Shown here: piece by piece, positions 26,801 to 37,554 of the stretch
How positions within the stretch are numbered: position 1 is the stretch's first letter
How the letters are laid out: each line of letters starts with the position of its first letter
Origin: Macrostomum hystrix
Lineage: Eukaryota > Animalia > Platyhelminthes
Length of the DNA: 64,000 bases
NCBI GenBank assembly: GCA_950097015.1
Contig: CATNEN010000003.1
Coordinates: forward strand, 6,820,001 to 6,884,000
Direction: 5' to 3'
Notes under the pieces: generated by a model
Database searches by the model: none
Told to the model about the DNA's origin: nothing
Seen by the model: only the letters and a program-made list of their open reading frames with translations
Program-made: the position numbers and the translations under genes

Positions 26801-29800
26801 TTAATGGGACATACATTTTAGGATTTTTTCTGGCAGATGTAGTCGAAACTCTATTGTTAGGGATTATAGGCACGTTGTCGAGGGTTTTAGGTACATTGTT
26901 GAGGATTTTAGGTGCATTGTTGAGGATTTTAGGTGCATTGTTGAGGATTTTAGGTACATTGTTGAGGATTTTAGGTACATTGTTGAGGATTTTAGGTACA
27001 TTGTTGAGGATTTTAGGTGCATTTTTGAGGATTTTAGGTGCATTGTTGAGGATTTTAGGTGCATTGTTGAGGATTTTAGGTGCATTGTTGAGGATTTTAG
27101 GTGCATTGTTGAGGATTTTAGGTGCATTGTTGAGGATTTTAGGTACATTGTTGAGGATTTTATGTGCATTTTTGAGGATATTTGGGGTAAATGAATGAGA
27201 ATTGTTGGGGGATATTGTTGAGAATAAAGGGGGCATACTGTTGAGGATTTTTGGGGGAGAAATGAATGAGAATTTTACGGGGTATTGTTAAGGATTAAGG
27301 GCGCATACTATCGAGGACTTTTGGTACATTGTTGAGGATTTTAGGTGCATTTTTGAGGATTTTTTTGGGAGAAATGATTGAGAATTTTAGAGGGATATTG
27401 TTAAGGATTAAGGGCGCATACTGTCTAGGATGTTTTGGTACATTTTGAGGATTTTAGAGTAAATAAAATGATTCAAGGAGGACATTGATGAGGATTTTAC
27501 GAGTAGTAAGTTTTGACGATTATCAAAAGGATTAGAACGCAGATGAAAACTGGCAAAACAGACCTGCATGAGCACCGGTTGAGCAGCCAGGTACTGTACT
27601 CCGTGATCTAAGCTAAGCAGAGCCTCCAACAGTCCGCAGGCGGAATCTCGCACAGTCTGCAGGCCCGGCCTAGGTCGATTCTCGCACACAGCGTGTCGCA
27701 CGCAATCCATCAGTCTGACAGAATTGAAATAGTGATACAGATCCGGATAGGGACTGTAGGGCGGCTGGGTGTGCTCAAAGCAGACACCGGCTGGCAGGCA
27801 TCGGCGTGGATGGCCAATAGATTGGGGCGCGTTTAGATAAGCCAGGCGAATGTCGGCTAGAGCCGAAGACAAGCGTTCAGCTATGGAGGTCAGCTCCTTG
27901 TCTGCCGTAGCTGCTGACAATTGAAGCTGCAGCTGCTGCTGCTGACTGTTCGATAGAGAAGTCGCCGGGTTGCTAACGGCATCGTCATCAGCACTGGCGG
28001 CTGCAGCTGCGGCGGCAGCTGATTCAGCAGCAGCGCGACGTTCTGCCTGTGGCACGGAATAATAAGGTGATTTGAGTAGATTCTATGGCATCTTGTTGAC
28101 TATATAGACAACACATCTATCACTGAATAGATATTCAGATCAGTGAGATTCGACTCTTTGGTATATAGTGAGATTACATTCTTTAGTGGCACTAAATCTA
28201 TTAGAGATTGCACACTTAGTGGGACTAGATCTATTAGAGATTACACACTTAGTGGGACTAGATCTATTAGAGATTACACACTTAGTGGGACTAGATCTAT
28301 AAGAGATTACACACTTAGTGGGATTAGATCTATTAGAGATTACACACTTAGTGGGACTAGATCTATGAGAGATTACACACTTAGTGGGATTAGATCTATG
28401 AGAGATTACACACTTAGTGGGACTAGATCTATTAGAGATTACACACTTAGTGGGACTAGATCTATTAGAGATTACACACTTAGTGGGACTAGATCTATTA
28501 GAGATTACACACTTAGTGGGACTAGATCTATTAGAGATTACACACTTAGTGGGACTAGATCTATAAGAGATTACACACTTAGTGGGATTAGATCTATTAG
28601 AGATTACACACTTAGTGGGACTAGATCTATGAGAGATTACACACTTAGTGGGATTAGATCTATTAGAGATTACACACTTAGTGGGACTAGATCTATTAGA
28701 GATTACACACTTAGTGGGATTAGATCTATTAGAGATTACACACTTAGTGGGACTAGATCTATGAGAGATTACACACTTAGTGGGATTCGATCTATGAGAG
28801 ATTACACACTTAGTGGAACTAGATCTATGAGAGATTACACACTTAGTGGGACTAGATCTATGAGAGATTACACACTTAGTGGGATTCGATCTATGAGAGA
28901 TTACACACTTAGTGGGATTAGATCTATGAGAGATTACACACTTAGTGGAACTAGATCTATGAGAGATTACACACTTAGTGGGATTAGATCTATGAGAGAT
29001 TACACACTTAGTGGGACTAGATCTATGAGAGATTACACACTTAGTGGGATTAGATCTATGAGAGATTACACACTTAGTGGAACTAGATCTATGAGAGATT
29101 ACACACTTAGTGGGATTAGATCTATTAGAGATTACACACTTAGTGGGATTAGATCTATTAGAGATTACACACTTAGTGGGACTAGATCTATGAGAGATTA
29201 CACACTTAGTGGGATTCGATCTATGAGAGATTACACACTTAGTGGGATTAGATCTATGAGAGATTACACACTTAGTGGAACTAGATCTATGAGAGATTAC
29301 ACACTTAGTGGGATTAGATCTATGAGAGATTACACACTTAGTGGGACTAGATCTATGAGAGATTACACACTTAGTGGGATTAGATCTATGAGAGATTACA
29401 CACTTAGTGGAACTAGATCTATGAGAGATTACACACTTAGTGGGATTAGATCTATGAGAGATTACACACTTAGGGGGATTAGATCTATGAGAGATTACAC
29501 ACTTAGTGGGATTAGATCTATGAGAGATTACACACTTAGTGGGACTAGATCTATGAGAGATTACACACTTAGTGGGATTCGATCTATGAGAGATTACACA
29601 CTTAGTGGGATTAGATCTATTAGAGATTACTTTCGATGGAAGTAGAAGTAAAATAAATCAGATTTGTTTTAAAAAAAATTTCTGAGTGGGGCAAAGTTAA
29701 CTCTTATTATAGACACAAAGTACCGGCCATAGATGGTAGTAATGCTACACGCATTTAAATACATTGCTCACCTGCTTAAACTGATGAAATAGCGTCCGAA

Positions 29801-32800
29801 AATCCAGCAAAGATTCGTACAGATGCAGTTTATTTAGCAGGCAGGCCATAGCGGCCACAACCCTAGCCGTGTGCTTGTGATAAAACATGGCCAATAGCCG
29901 CTTGTAGGGCGTGTCAAGCTCCATTCTAGCCAGGCATTTGCGCATGTGAGTCAAATCGTCCTCGCCTAGGACTCGAGGCGGCTCCACGTAACTCTTGCCT
30001 GTGGTGCAAAAACATATCATAATTCATATTTGCATATTCGTTCTGTCTAGCCTGTAAATTCACTTTTCTAAACATATCGGTCAATAGCAATCATAAAAAT
30101 GAAAGACACATTGTCTACGACGAAAAGCCAGATACAAACTTTTTTATTACATTACGACGTATCTGATAATGCTTGTTTCTTAATTTATTACTGTTTTTTT
30201 ACTAAGTAACATTACTTGTTTGCATATTTTCCTCCGGAGTAGGAGTTCTAGTAATATATATTACATAATTATTAAGCTTAGTCCGGTTAGTTATTAAAAT
30301 GTAATTTTCTATACATACCGGCAGGATATCGCTAATTATCTAGTATACAGAAGCCATATAGTTAAACTAGAACTCACCAGAAGTCACAGTCTGTGGCTGG
30401 TTGACGCCACTACTATTAGTAATAGCAGATTCGGCTGGCACACCCAGAAATGCCTCAGCGCCAGCAGCCAATCGTACAGAACTGCTCAAAGCTCGAACTA
30501 CTTGCAGTTTAATAGAAGTAGCCATGTGCTCGGCGGAAAGCAGATCTAATAGCCGATGCTGCACAGATCTGGCCAATAATCTGGCGCTAATCCGCTGGTC
30601 TAGGGTGCACAGCATACCGGCTAAGCTTAATCCGGCCTTCAAATGTCTCATAATAAACGTATTAGCCTCCTGCTGTTGTTGACGCCTAGCGGCTTGCAAG
30701 TCTAGGCCTTCCAGTGTCCAGTCAACCAAGGTGTCCATTGTAGTTTCAAACTCGGCCAAATTAATGCTTTCAACAAAGGCTAGCGCGCCAGGTAAATAGG
30801 TAGGCAACTTTTCTAATTGTTCAATCCATTGCCAATTGTGACTAGCAGGGTCGGCGTAGCGGCCAAGTAGGTCGGCTAGGCGACTAGCGGATTCTTCGCA
30901 GCGTTCCTCATCCTTGGTGTTAATGACGGGCTGGGCAGAATCGTACAGGAGCTTCTTCTCCACCTAAAATGAGAATATGGTTGCAAACATTGTCAATTCG
31001 CTTCCCGCGACTGAAAGTTCAGCTAAGAGTTTCGATAAATGAGCAGTTTGGGGTCCCGAAATAGAGATTTGGTAACGCACCTCGAACGCTGTTAAGCTTG
31101 GATCGGATGGAAATCTCAGCTCTCGCAGTCGACAACGCTCCGGTCTGAATGCCAACGGGAAACCCAACTCGACTTCGGTTAGGGCAAGCGAAGTGGCTTC
31201 CGGTTCGGCAGACAGCAGCTCCTGCTCATCATCGGTGCACCAACTGGCTGCATCGCAGCTGTCGTCGGCTCCAGTATCTTCGGCATCTGCCGTGGCATCG
31301 TCCTGATGCTGCTGATTTGACATCAATTCATTTGGTCGCTTATTGAGCCTAGCGCTGCCAAGGGCTCCAGCAATTAGCGGCGCCATCGGCATCACCGACA
31401 TAGCTGACGATGAGGAAGTCGGCGAACGAGGCCGAGTGTTTTGCTGAAGGCCGCCCCGCCTGCTAGAGAAGTCGTAGGAGCCGCCGCCGCCTCCGCCACG
31501 ATAGCGACTGAGCACAGATTGTTGCACTGGAAGCTGGGGCGGAGGGCCAGAAGTAACAGACGACGTCATGGTTGATGGATGCTGCAGAAGGCCTTGATGA
31601 TGCAGCTGCTGCTGCTGCTGTAGTTGATTTGGAGGAGGCAAAGAGAGTGGCGGAGGCAGAGTCATCTGAAGTTGCTGCTGCTGAGTCATAGGGACTGGAA
31701 ACGATGACTGATGCTGTTGGTGGTACATCTGCTGCTGTTGCTGTTGAAATGCAACCATAGGATTTGGTAGAGACATTGGTGGCGGCATCAATGACTGCTG
31801 AGGTTGAGGCGGCGGTGGCAAAAGCAGAGTCTTATTAGCTGGAGCAGCCGAACCAAACAAGCCCAAGGTCAGGCTGCTATAGGTGCCTCTTATTACTAGC
31901 AGGTCAGTACAGATGTCAGCCAGGGTGCAACTAATGTGGCCGGATCTTTCGTCATATTTCAATTCGCCAATGCGATCAAATGTGGCAGCCTCTGGTCCGC
32001 GTCTGGCAAAAAACTCCACATTGAACTGGGACGGACCAGTCAGGCCAACCATTGGCTCGGCGCGAGGCAATTCGCTGTTTATGGACACTCCAAATGGTAC
32101 AATGCGAGCTTCGCGCAGCCGAACAGTTGGGTTGAATAGAACAGTGTCGCATTGTACTTCCTAAATAGATGTCAGTGTTGGCATTTATATCATTTATAAG
32201 CCAATAATAACCTTGTTCTATTCATTAGAAGTCTCTACAGAGACTTAACTACTAGCCAAAGAGCTGTACACAGGTAATCAGTTGTAATGACTTATAAGCC
32301 TTTCTTAGTAGGCCTAAGCTGTTACTATGATCATATAGTTTATACAATGCTTGTAATATCCTTGGGAGATTCAGATCCCTGGGAGATCAATGTAGCACAC
32401 AAATTAGACTTATCTCAAGATTAGTGTAGACAGTCTAAAGTGGGGTTAATACTTAAATTCCTAGGTATTGGTAATTAAGTGCCATGGAATCAAAGTAGGG
32501 TACAAATTTGACTCCTATATAGTGAAAGAAGAACATTTAAAGTATTGGAGTTTTTTGCTTTCAAAGGCTATATATATATGCTTTCATTCTATCACATAAC
32601 CACAGTAGCCAAAATTATTCATTAGCTTGTGACGAAACGTGTCATGTCATTTTTGTTTTGATTTAGTCTGATGTCTCTTATTTCAATGATAATAAAATAA
32701 CACTAATAATAAGACACACTTCTTGGTAAGTTAGGCTGGCAAATAAAGGAACATTGCTGTAGGATTGAATAATAAAAATTTCATCATGGAACAAGTGGCA

Positions 32801-34288
32801 GAAAATGTTCACAGTTCTTAACAATAATGCTACTTTCATTATATATGTTGCTATGTAGGTTTTTTAAACTGAAGAAGGGTCTCTATATCCCTATTCATAA
32901 ACTATAAATATTTTGTAATACCAAAAATTTATGCCATAACAATATGTTGAAAATCATTATGTAAGCAAGATGTTATTACAATTTCTTCTAGTTTTAGATG
33001 ATTGGACGAAATATATTTTTAGCATGCTATAACAATAGACCCTTGCTAATGTATACCCCAGCTAGGCCTATTGACTACAGAGGGCTTGAATTATATAAAA
33101 AAGAAAAAACTTTTTTAATAAACAAAAAAATATTCAAATAAAAAGCTAAAAAATACAATAAATACATATAGTACTTGATAGCAATAGTATAGTTGCATTT
33201 GAGAAATGATTTTCATTTTTTTCTTAGCAATACATGGGAATTTTAAATATACATAGTCATAACTGACATGGTGTTAAAGTTATAAGAAACATCAATAGTA
33301 GAAATTAAAATGATAACCTGAGGCTACAGTCATTGCAATCTAGCCTCAGTGGTTGATGTTAGCATGATGATGATTATGATAATCAATTAAATTAAAAAAT
33401 ACCATATTGTTAGGGTATGGTATTTTGTTTGGTGGAATGATGAATGTTGGTCTTTGAGGTTGTCCATTGGCATTATATTAGTAGTTAGTTGAAATTAGTA
33501 GAGGTTAGTAGAAGTAGAAATTAGAGTTTGTTAGAAGCAGAAGTGGCAAAAAAGATTTGGCAGAAATGTCAGACCAAAACTGCAATGCCATGTCAATTAT
33601 ACATATGTAAAATTCGGCAATGTTCTACTCCCATTTGTTATATTATCTTTTTGTTTGCAGATGACAGATAACAACAAAAAACAAGTTTAATGGTAACAAA
33701 AAGTCAATAGTTTGGTCAGACAGTTCTGAAAAGTCTTGGTCAGTCTTTCTTCTTTTAAACCAGGTAAGTGCCTAATCGAGTAGAGGAGGGCGCCGAAGCT
33801 CTTCTTGGGGTATAGACAGCGCCATAAGAATTCTTTGAGGTGGCTTTCGAATAGAGCAGCACTCGTGCCAAGCATTTGACGTAGCTTGGCCTTCGCAAAA
33901 CTTCAGCTGCAGAATTTCTGTGCCTTAGCTTCCTGTTCCCCCATATTTGCCAGATTTTGTCATAGACATAGATCCAAGTGTCAAGTCACGGCAAAGCCAC
34001 ATCAGCACAACTTTTTCAAACTCAGAATGCATGTGTGGCATGAATTCAAACAAAAAAATAATATAACGAACGGAAGTAAAACATTGCCTAAAATTCCTAG
34101 GACAAAAGTTGCTGTCAACTTTGCAAAAAGAATTGCATGATTATCTACTAGATTTTAGGCAATTGCCATTTTAGCAATTTAGTTACAAGTAGACCAACGC
34201 CACTTTGCTAACTTACCTCATGGGTTTCCACTTCTTTTTGATGAACAAAATAATCTAGAAATAGTAGACACACCTCTTCTGCAGCCAT
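17873..34288 (-). CDS. VIRMA: Protein virilizer homolog (m6A writer complex scaffold), ~2042 aa
   Basis: 13 in-phase exons: 34288-34217, 32160-31081, 30963-30378, 29998-29772, 28046-27564, 26715-25870, 25273-24974, 24198-23740, 22161-21880, 21128-20805, 19723-19416 (acceptor tentative), 19266-18694, 18461-17873 (sum 6129 nt). VIR_N-like start (LLFLDYF..DTVLFNPTVRLREARIVPFG..TDLLVIRGTYSSLTL), ILGELMPLPLPI, and the hallmark FRSRPPNTSRPPSMHVDDF. Confidence 0.93.
19830..20738. repeat. 23-bp minisatellite (TCAAACTGAATCTATAATTAGCC)
   Basis: VIRMA intron, ~39 units. Confidence 0.97.
21190..21810. repeat. Degenerate TACCTAGC/TACCTGTGTACAC array
   Basis: VIRMA intron. Confidence 0.85.
22246..22430. 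repeat. 28-bp minisatellite (CACTGACTCAGATATCACACCCTACAAA)
   Basis: About 6.5 units abutting the next array. Confidence 0.93.
22430..23719. repeat. 23-bp minisatellite (AGTACTATTACTCTAGCTAGGTC)
   Basis: About 56 units; VIRMA intron. Confidence 0.97.
24235..24700. repeat. ~28-bp minisatellite (GGAGAAGGCGCAGAGAAGATATGCGGG)
   Basis: VIRMA intron. Confidence 0.9.
25400..25850. repeat. 21-bp minisatellite (GGGTGAGATTGGGTAGAGACT)
   Basis: VIRMA intron. Confidence 0.92.
26885..27180. repeat. 21-bp minisatellite (TTGTTGAGGATTTTAGGTGCA)
   Basis: VIRMA intron. Confidence 0.92.
28200..29630. repeat. 33-bp minisatellite (GAGATTACACACTTAGTGGGACTAGATCTATTA)
   Basis: About 43 units; VIRMA intron. Confidence 0.97.
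33750..33900 (-). mobile_element. Merlin/IS1595-like transposase C-terminal relic in VIRMA intron 1
   Basis: The minus strand reads AKAKLRQMLGTSAALFESHLKEFLWR, resembling the ISXO2/IS1595 end motif (recalled, not searched); no intact ORF. Confidence 0.5.
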
Positions 34289-35100
34289 ATTAAAATGACT
34301 TGTAAGTTAGAGCCCTTTTAAATGAATACTATGGGTGATAAACACTTACTAGGCCTAACTTCTATTAGGTAAACAAGTAAGTGAATATCTAATAAACACA
34401 CTTCGAACAAATAAAGGGTATTTTTGCACTTTGCCTAGCTCAAAATACTATATAGGCATATTATGGGAAAACGGCAGAGCTAAGCCTTCTTATGATAGCG
34501 AAAATGATTAAATAAAATTGAAATCGGGCACTGAAACTAGCTAGAAGTAAATCTGTATCGAAGTTTCATTTAGTAATGACACAAAATAATGACATAGCTA
34601 GTCGCTAGACACTGCATAGATGTCAGGCGAGAAATGTTTAATCAAACGATGTTGAAAGATACTATTTTTAGAAGGTATAACTACAGCCTTGTGCTGCTGA
34701 TGTTGGCTCCGTGTAAATTTCCTTAAACTATGTATTTTCTTAAAGTAATACCAAAGATGGCAATTCTGAATAATGAACCGTGCAGTTTTAACTTTGCGAG
34801 AATCGTGTCTACGAAAATCTAAAACCGAAAACGAGAGAGCCTGAGAGTTTGAATGCTTTTATCCAAAATAACAACACATAGTCATATCTTATCATTTCGT
34901 TTCTTTAAATTATTTACCAGCAACACAAATAATTACCAACTTTTAAATATAAAAAATTTATGCCTAATAACTTATACCATGCAGCCTGGTTTCTCGGCTC
35001 TCCGCTCTCGGTAGTGTTTTGTGTTTTGTGAGTGCTGTGAGGGTTGTAACTTATCAGCCGAGTGATGTGTGAAGTCGGCCATAAGCCTTTCTTTAAATAC

Positions 35101-35906
35101 TGTCGTAGGGCTCCTTACTGATATCCTACAGCTGCCACTAAGTTGTCGTAGGCCTCCTTCTTAACTCCCACTGCTTTCACCAATTTGTCGTAGGCTCTCT
35201 CCTCTTTGGGTTTAAATATCACCGATACTCTTTTATTAAATATTAACAATTGCTTATTTCACACCTTGAATTAACCTTTGAAATAACTCTTAATTTCCTT
35301 TGTCTATGACTTAGTTATTCTTCATAGGCTAGCTATGTATCCTCTTATTGCATATGCATATATTGTTTAACTTGGCCAGATAGGCTGCTTTCCTTCCAAA
35401 ATTGGTAGCGTTCTCACGAGTGTCCGAGCGGCAAGACACTTCTTCCTCTCCTTACTTACTCACAACTGTCTGGCTCTCTGGTTTGTTCCCAGTCTTTCAA
35501 GGCTTCCAATGGACTGAAGTTGCCCAACTTTGCACACAGTGCTATTCCACCAATCAGGATTTTACCCTCAGCTCTTTAGTTTTACACTCTACTACGGCTT
35601 TTTATAACTATCTCCTTCTTTATTCTTTCGAATGTTCACCAACTTGTGTATTATCACAGACCTGCTTTTCTCCTTCTCTCTAAAATAATTGAATTCAAAC
35701 ACTTTGAGATTTATTCTCCTTTGTTTTCTCAGAACTGGGCACGGGGCACCGGTTGGGGCTTTTTGGGTTAAACTGCGTCTATATTTATAGCAAAAATTGG
35801 GGCGGTTGGTGCAACACATTAAAACAAACCAAAAATATAAAACTGAGGAAAAGCATTTGGCGGGAATTCAACTTTAAGAATATACGATAAATTTGGGCCT
35901 GCCTCA
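35101..35906 (-). repeat. 3' LTR (806 bp)
   Basis: Apparently identical to 43279-44084; TATAAATA 35782-35789 and AATAAA 35232-35237 on the minus strand. Confidence 0.96.
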
Positions 35907-36092
35907 ACTGGCTTCCCCTATATACATTTTGGAATAAGACACGCATGACAAAATTTATAATAACAATAGCCTACACAAAATAAAACGGATAGCAAAATAG
36001 CATACAAAAATAAACGGGTAGCAGAAAAATTTTTTAGAAAAGTAAAATACAACACCAAATAAAACGATTAAAACACGATCAAATTGTCCTTT

Positions 36093-37280
36093 TTAAGAAA
36101 AATAACAGTCTTCAGGCAATCTCTCGTTGCGGGGCCAACCGACCGTACTCGCCATCCACCTCAACTCAATGTTGAGGGGGATGCGGTTTACCGGCAGTGG
36201 ACTGCGGTTGATTACTTTTCGCGCATATTGTACAGCCCTTTTCCAGGCGGCTATACAATGGCTCCGGGCGAACTTCTCGCATAGAACACGCATAGCGGAA
36301 TAGATTGCGGCCCGCTGCGGATATCGCCGATCATTGTTGTACAGTCCGGCATCCAGGATGTAGCCCTTCAGGTGACGGATGAGCCGCGTGTAATGCTCGT
36401 GTTGGGCCTGAGGAATTTCCGCCATTATTCGGGCGAATTCTTCCTGATTCTCCGCGGGCTCCATATCGATGTCCTCATCTGATTCTGGTCGCTGCTGCGG
36501 CTGTGGCGACTGCTGCAGTGGCTGCTCTTGCTGCAACGGCTGCTGCGACGGCTGCAGCTGCAGCTGCTGCTGTGATGACTGCGGCTGTGCCGGCTGCGAG
36601 GACTGCGAGGGCTGCGGCTGCGACTGCTGTGACGACTGCGAGGGCTGCGACTGCGACTGCTGTGACGACTGCGGCTGCGGCTGTTGCTGGAAGTCTGTCC
36701 TGTATTGGTACTGGATTGGTACCCTCTGCGCCTTTGGTGCTATGTGCCGACCCTTAGGCGGTGGCTGCGGCTGCGGAATCGGCTTCGGCGCTATCGACCG
36801 CTGTCCGGCAGCTCGTCGACCTGGCTCCTGGCTTGGTGTACTGATGACTTTGATGGTTCTGGCCACCTCCGTGGGCATATTTTGAGCCTTCTCCAATGCT
36901 GCCACTGGTGCGATTGACTGCTGTCGGAGTTGGTTTACCCTTGCGGTGGCATCGAGGAAAACCGGTAGCCTTGAACTCGGCAGTTTCCTCTTACTCGCGA
37001 TTTCTTCTTGCATCGTGGTGGCAGCTCGCTTCTGGCTGTTTGCCCTCGATTGCTGACCAACCATAGACGGTTGCGTCCTCTGCCGCAATGGCGCCTCGAG
37101 TTCTTCCGACTCATCGATGATCACTTGAATAATATCTTCTTCGTCATTATCGACTCTTTTCTCCTTATCCTGCTTCACTCTATCCGGCTCAACATTCTCA
37201 TTATCCGAGAAATCTACAGTCACAGCTTCTAACAGCTTCTCAAACTCACTTACGCTCATAGCTTCACGATCTTGCTCCAT
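36093..37280 (-). CDS. Retrotransposon ORF3 of unknown function (395 aa from first ATG), not env-like
   Basis: Intact ORF between pol and the 3' LTR, same strand; acidic N-terminus, Q/P/S-rich middle, ordered-looking C-terminal ~110 aa; no signal peptide or TM segment. Confidence 0.8.
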   Translation of the reverse strand: MEQDREAMSVSEFEKLLEAVTVDFSDNENVEPDRVKQDKEKRVDNDEEDIIQVIIDESEELEAPLRQRTQPSMVGQQSRANSQKRAATTMQEEIASKRKLPSSRLPVFLDATARVNQLRQQSIAPVAALEKAQNMPTEVARTIKVISTPSQEPGRRAAGQRSIAPKPIPQPQPPPKGRHIAPKAQRVPIQYQYRTDFQQQPQPQSSQQSQSQPSQSSQQSQPQPSQSSQPAQPQSSQQQLQLQPSQQPLQQEQPLQQSPQPQQRPESDEDIDMEPAENQEEFARIMAEIPQAQHEHYTRLIRHLKGYILDAGLYNNDRRYPQRAAIYSAMRVLCEKFARSHCIAAWKRAVQYARKVINRSPLPVNRIPLNIELRWMASTVGWPRNERLPEDCYFS

Positions 37281-37354
37281 TTCGGAATTTGCTTGCTTTG
37301 TCAATATGACTTCTCTCTCACTCTGTATGTTTGTTTGCCTTCCCAGGGCACTGG

Positions 37355-37435
37355 TTTATATAGGCGTGAGGCTGACGCGCATCATTGTGTCTCAGATTTC
37401 ATTGGGCTATACTGGCTTATTCTTAATCCTATTGG
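37355..37435 (-). promoter_or_regulatory. Internal promoter for ORF3 (2x CCAAT + TATA)
   Basis: CCAAT at 37431-37435 and 37401-37405 and TATATAAA at 37355-37362 (all minus), 75 nt above ATG 37280. Confidence 0.55.
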
Positions 37436-37554
37436 ATCCCTACTTGATTTCAATTAACCCCTACCTAATTGACTGGAAGTGGCTAACCCCTACTCCCTTT
37501 CTATCCCTTGCACGTGGTTTCCTTGTGTTACTATTGCGTCACCCCAATCTCTGC

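Noticed and set aside
28143-29645. 500-aa RDYTLSGTRSI repeat ORF
   Set aside because: A 33-bp unit is open in one frame by chance; it has a GTG start, no unique domain, and is antisense in an intron.
34900-35000. Spliced-leader RNA gene (minus-strand TGCATG|GT)
   Set aside because: Only a 6-nt resemblance with a weak donor; no convincing stem-loops or Sm site.
35101-35200. CRISPR-like repeat/spacer look, or peptide repeat YD(K/N)LVxAV, in the LTR end
   Set aside because: Eukaryotic, 9-nt repeat and no cas genes; the peptide frame has no ATG, shifts between units and lies after the polyA signal. The terminus+PBS reading fits better.
35402-35819. Small ORFs duplicated at 43580-43997
   Set aside because: Incidental ORFs inside the LTR with non-ATG starts.
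36469-36885. Cys-rich metallothionein-like ORF on +
   Set aside because: It is the antisense shadow of the CAG/CCG/TCG codons of the ORF3 Q/P/S tract.
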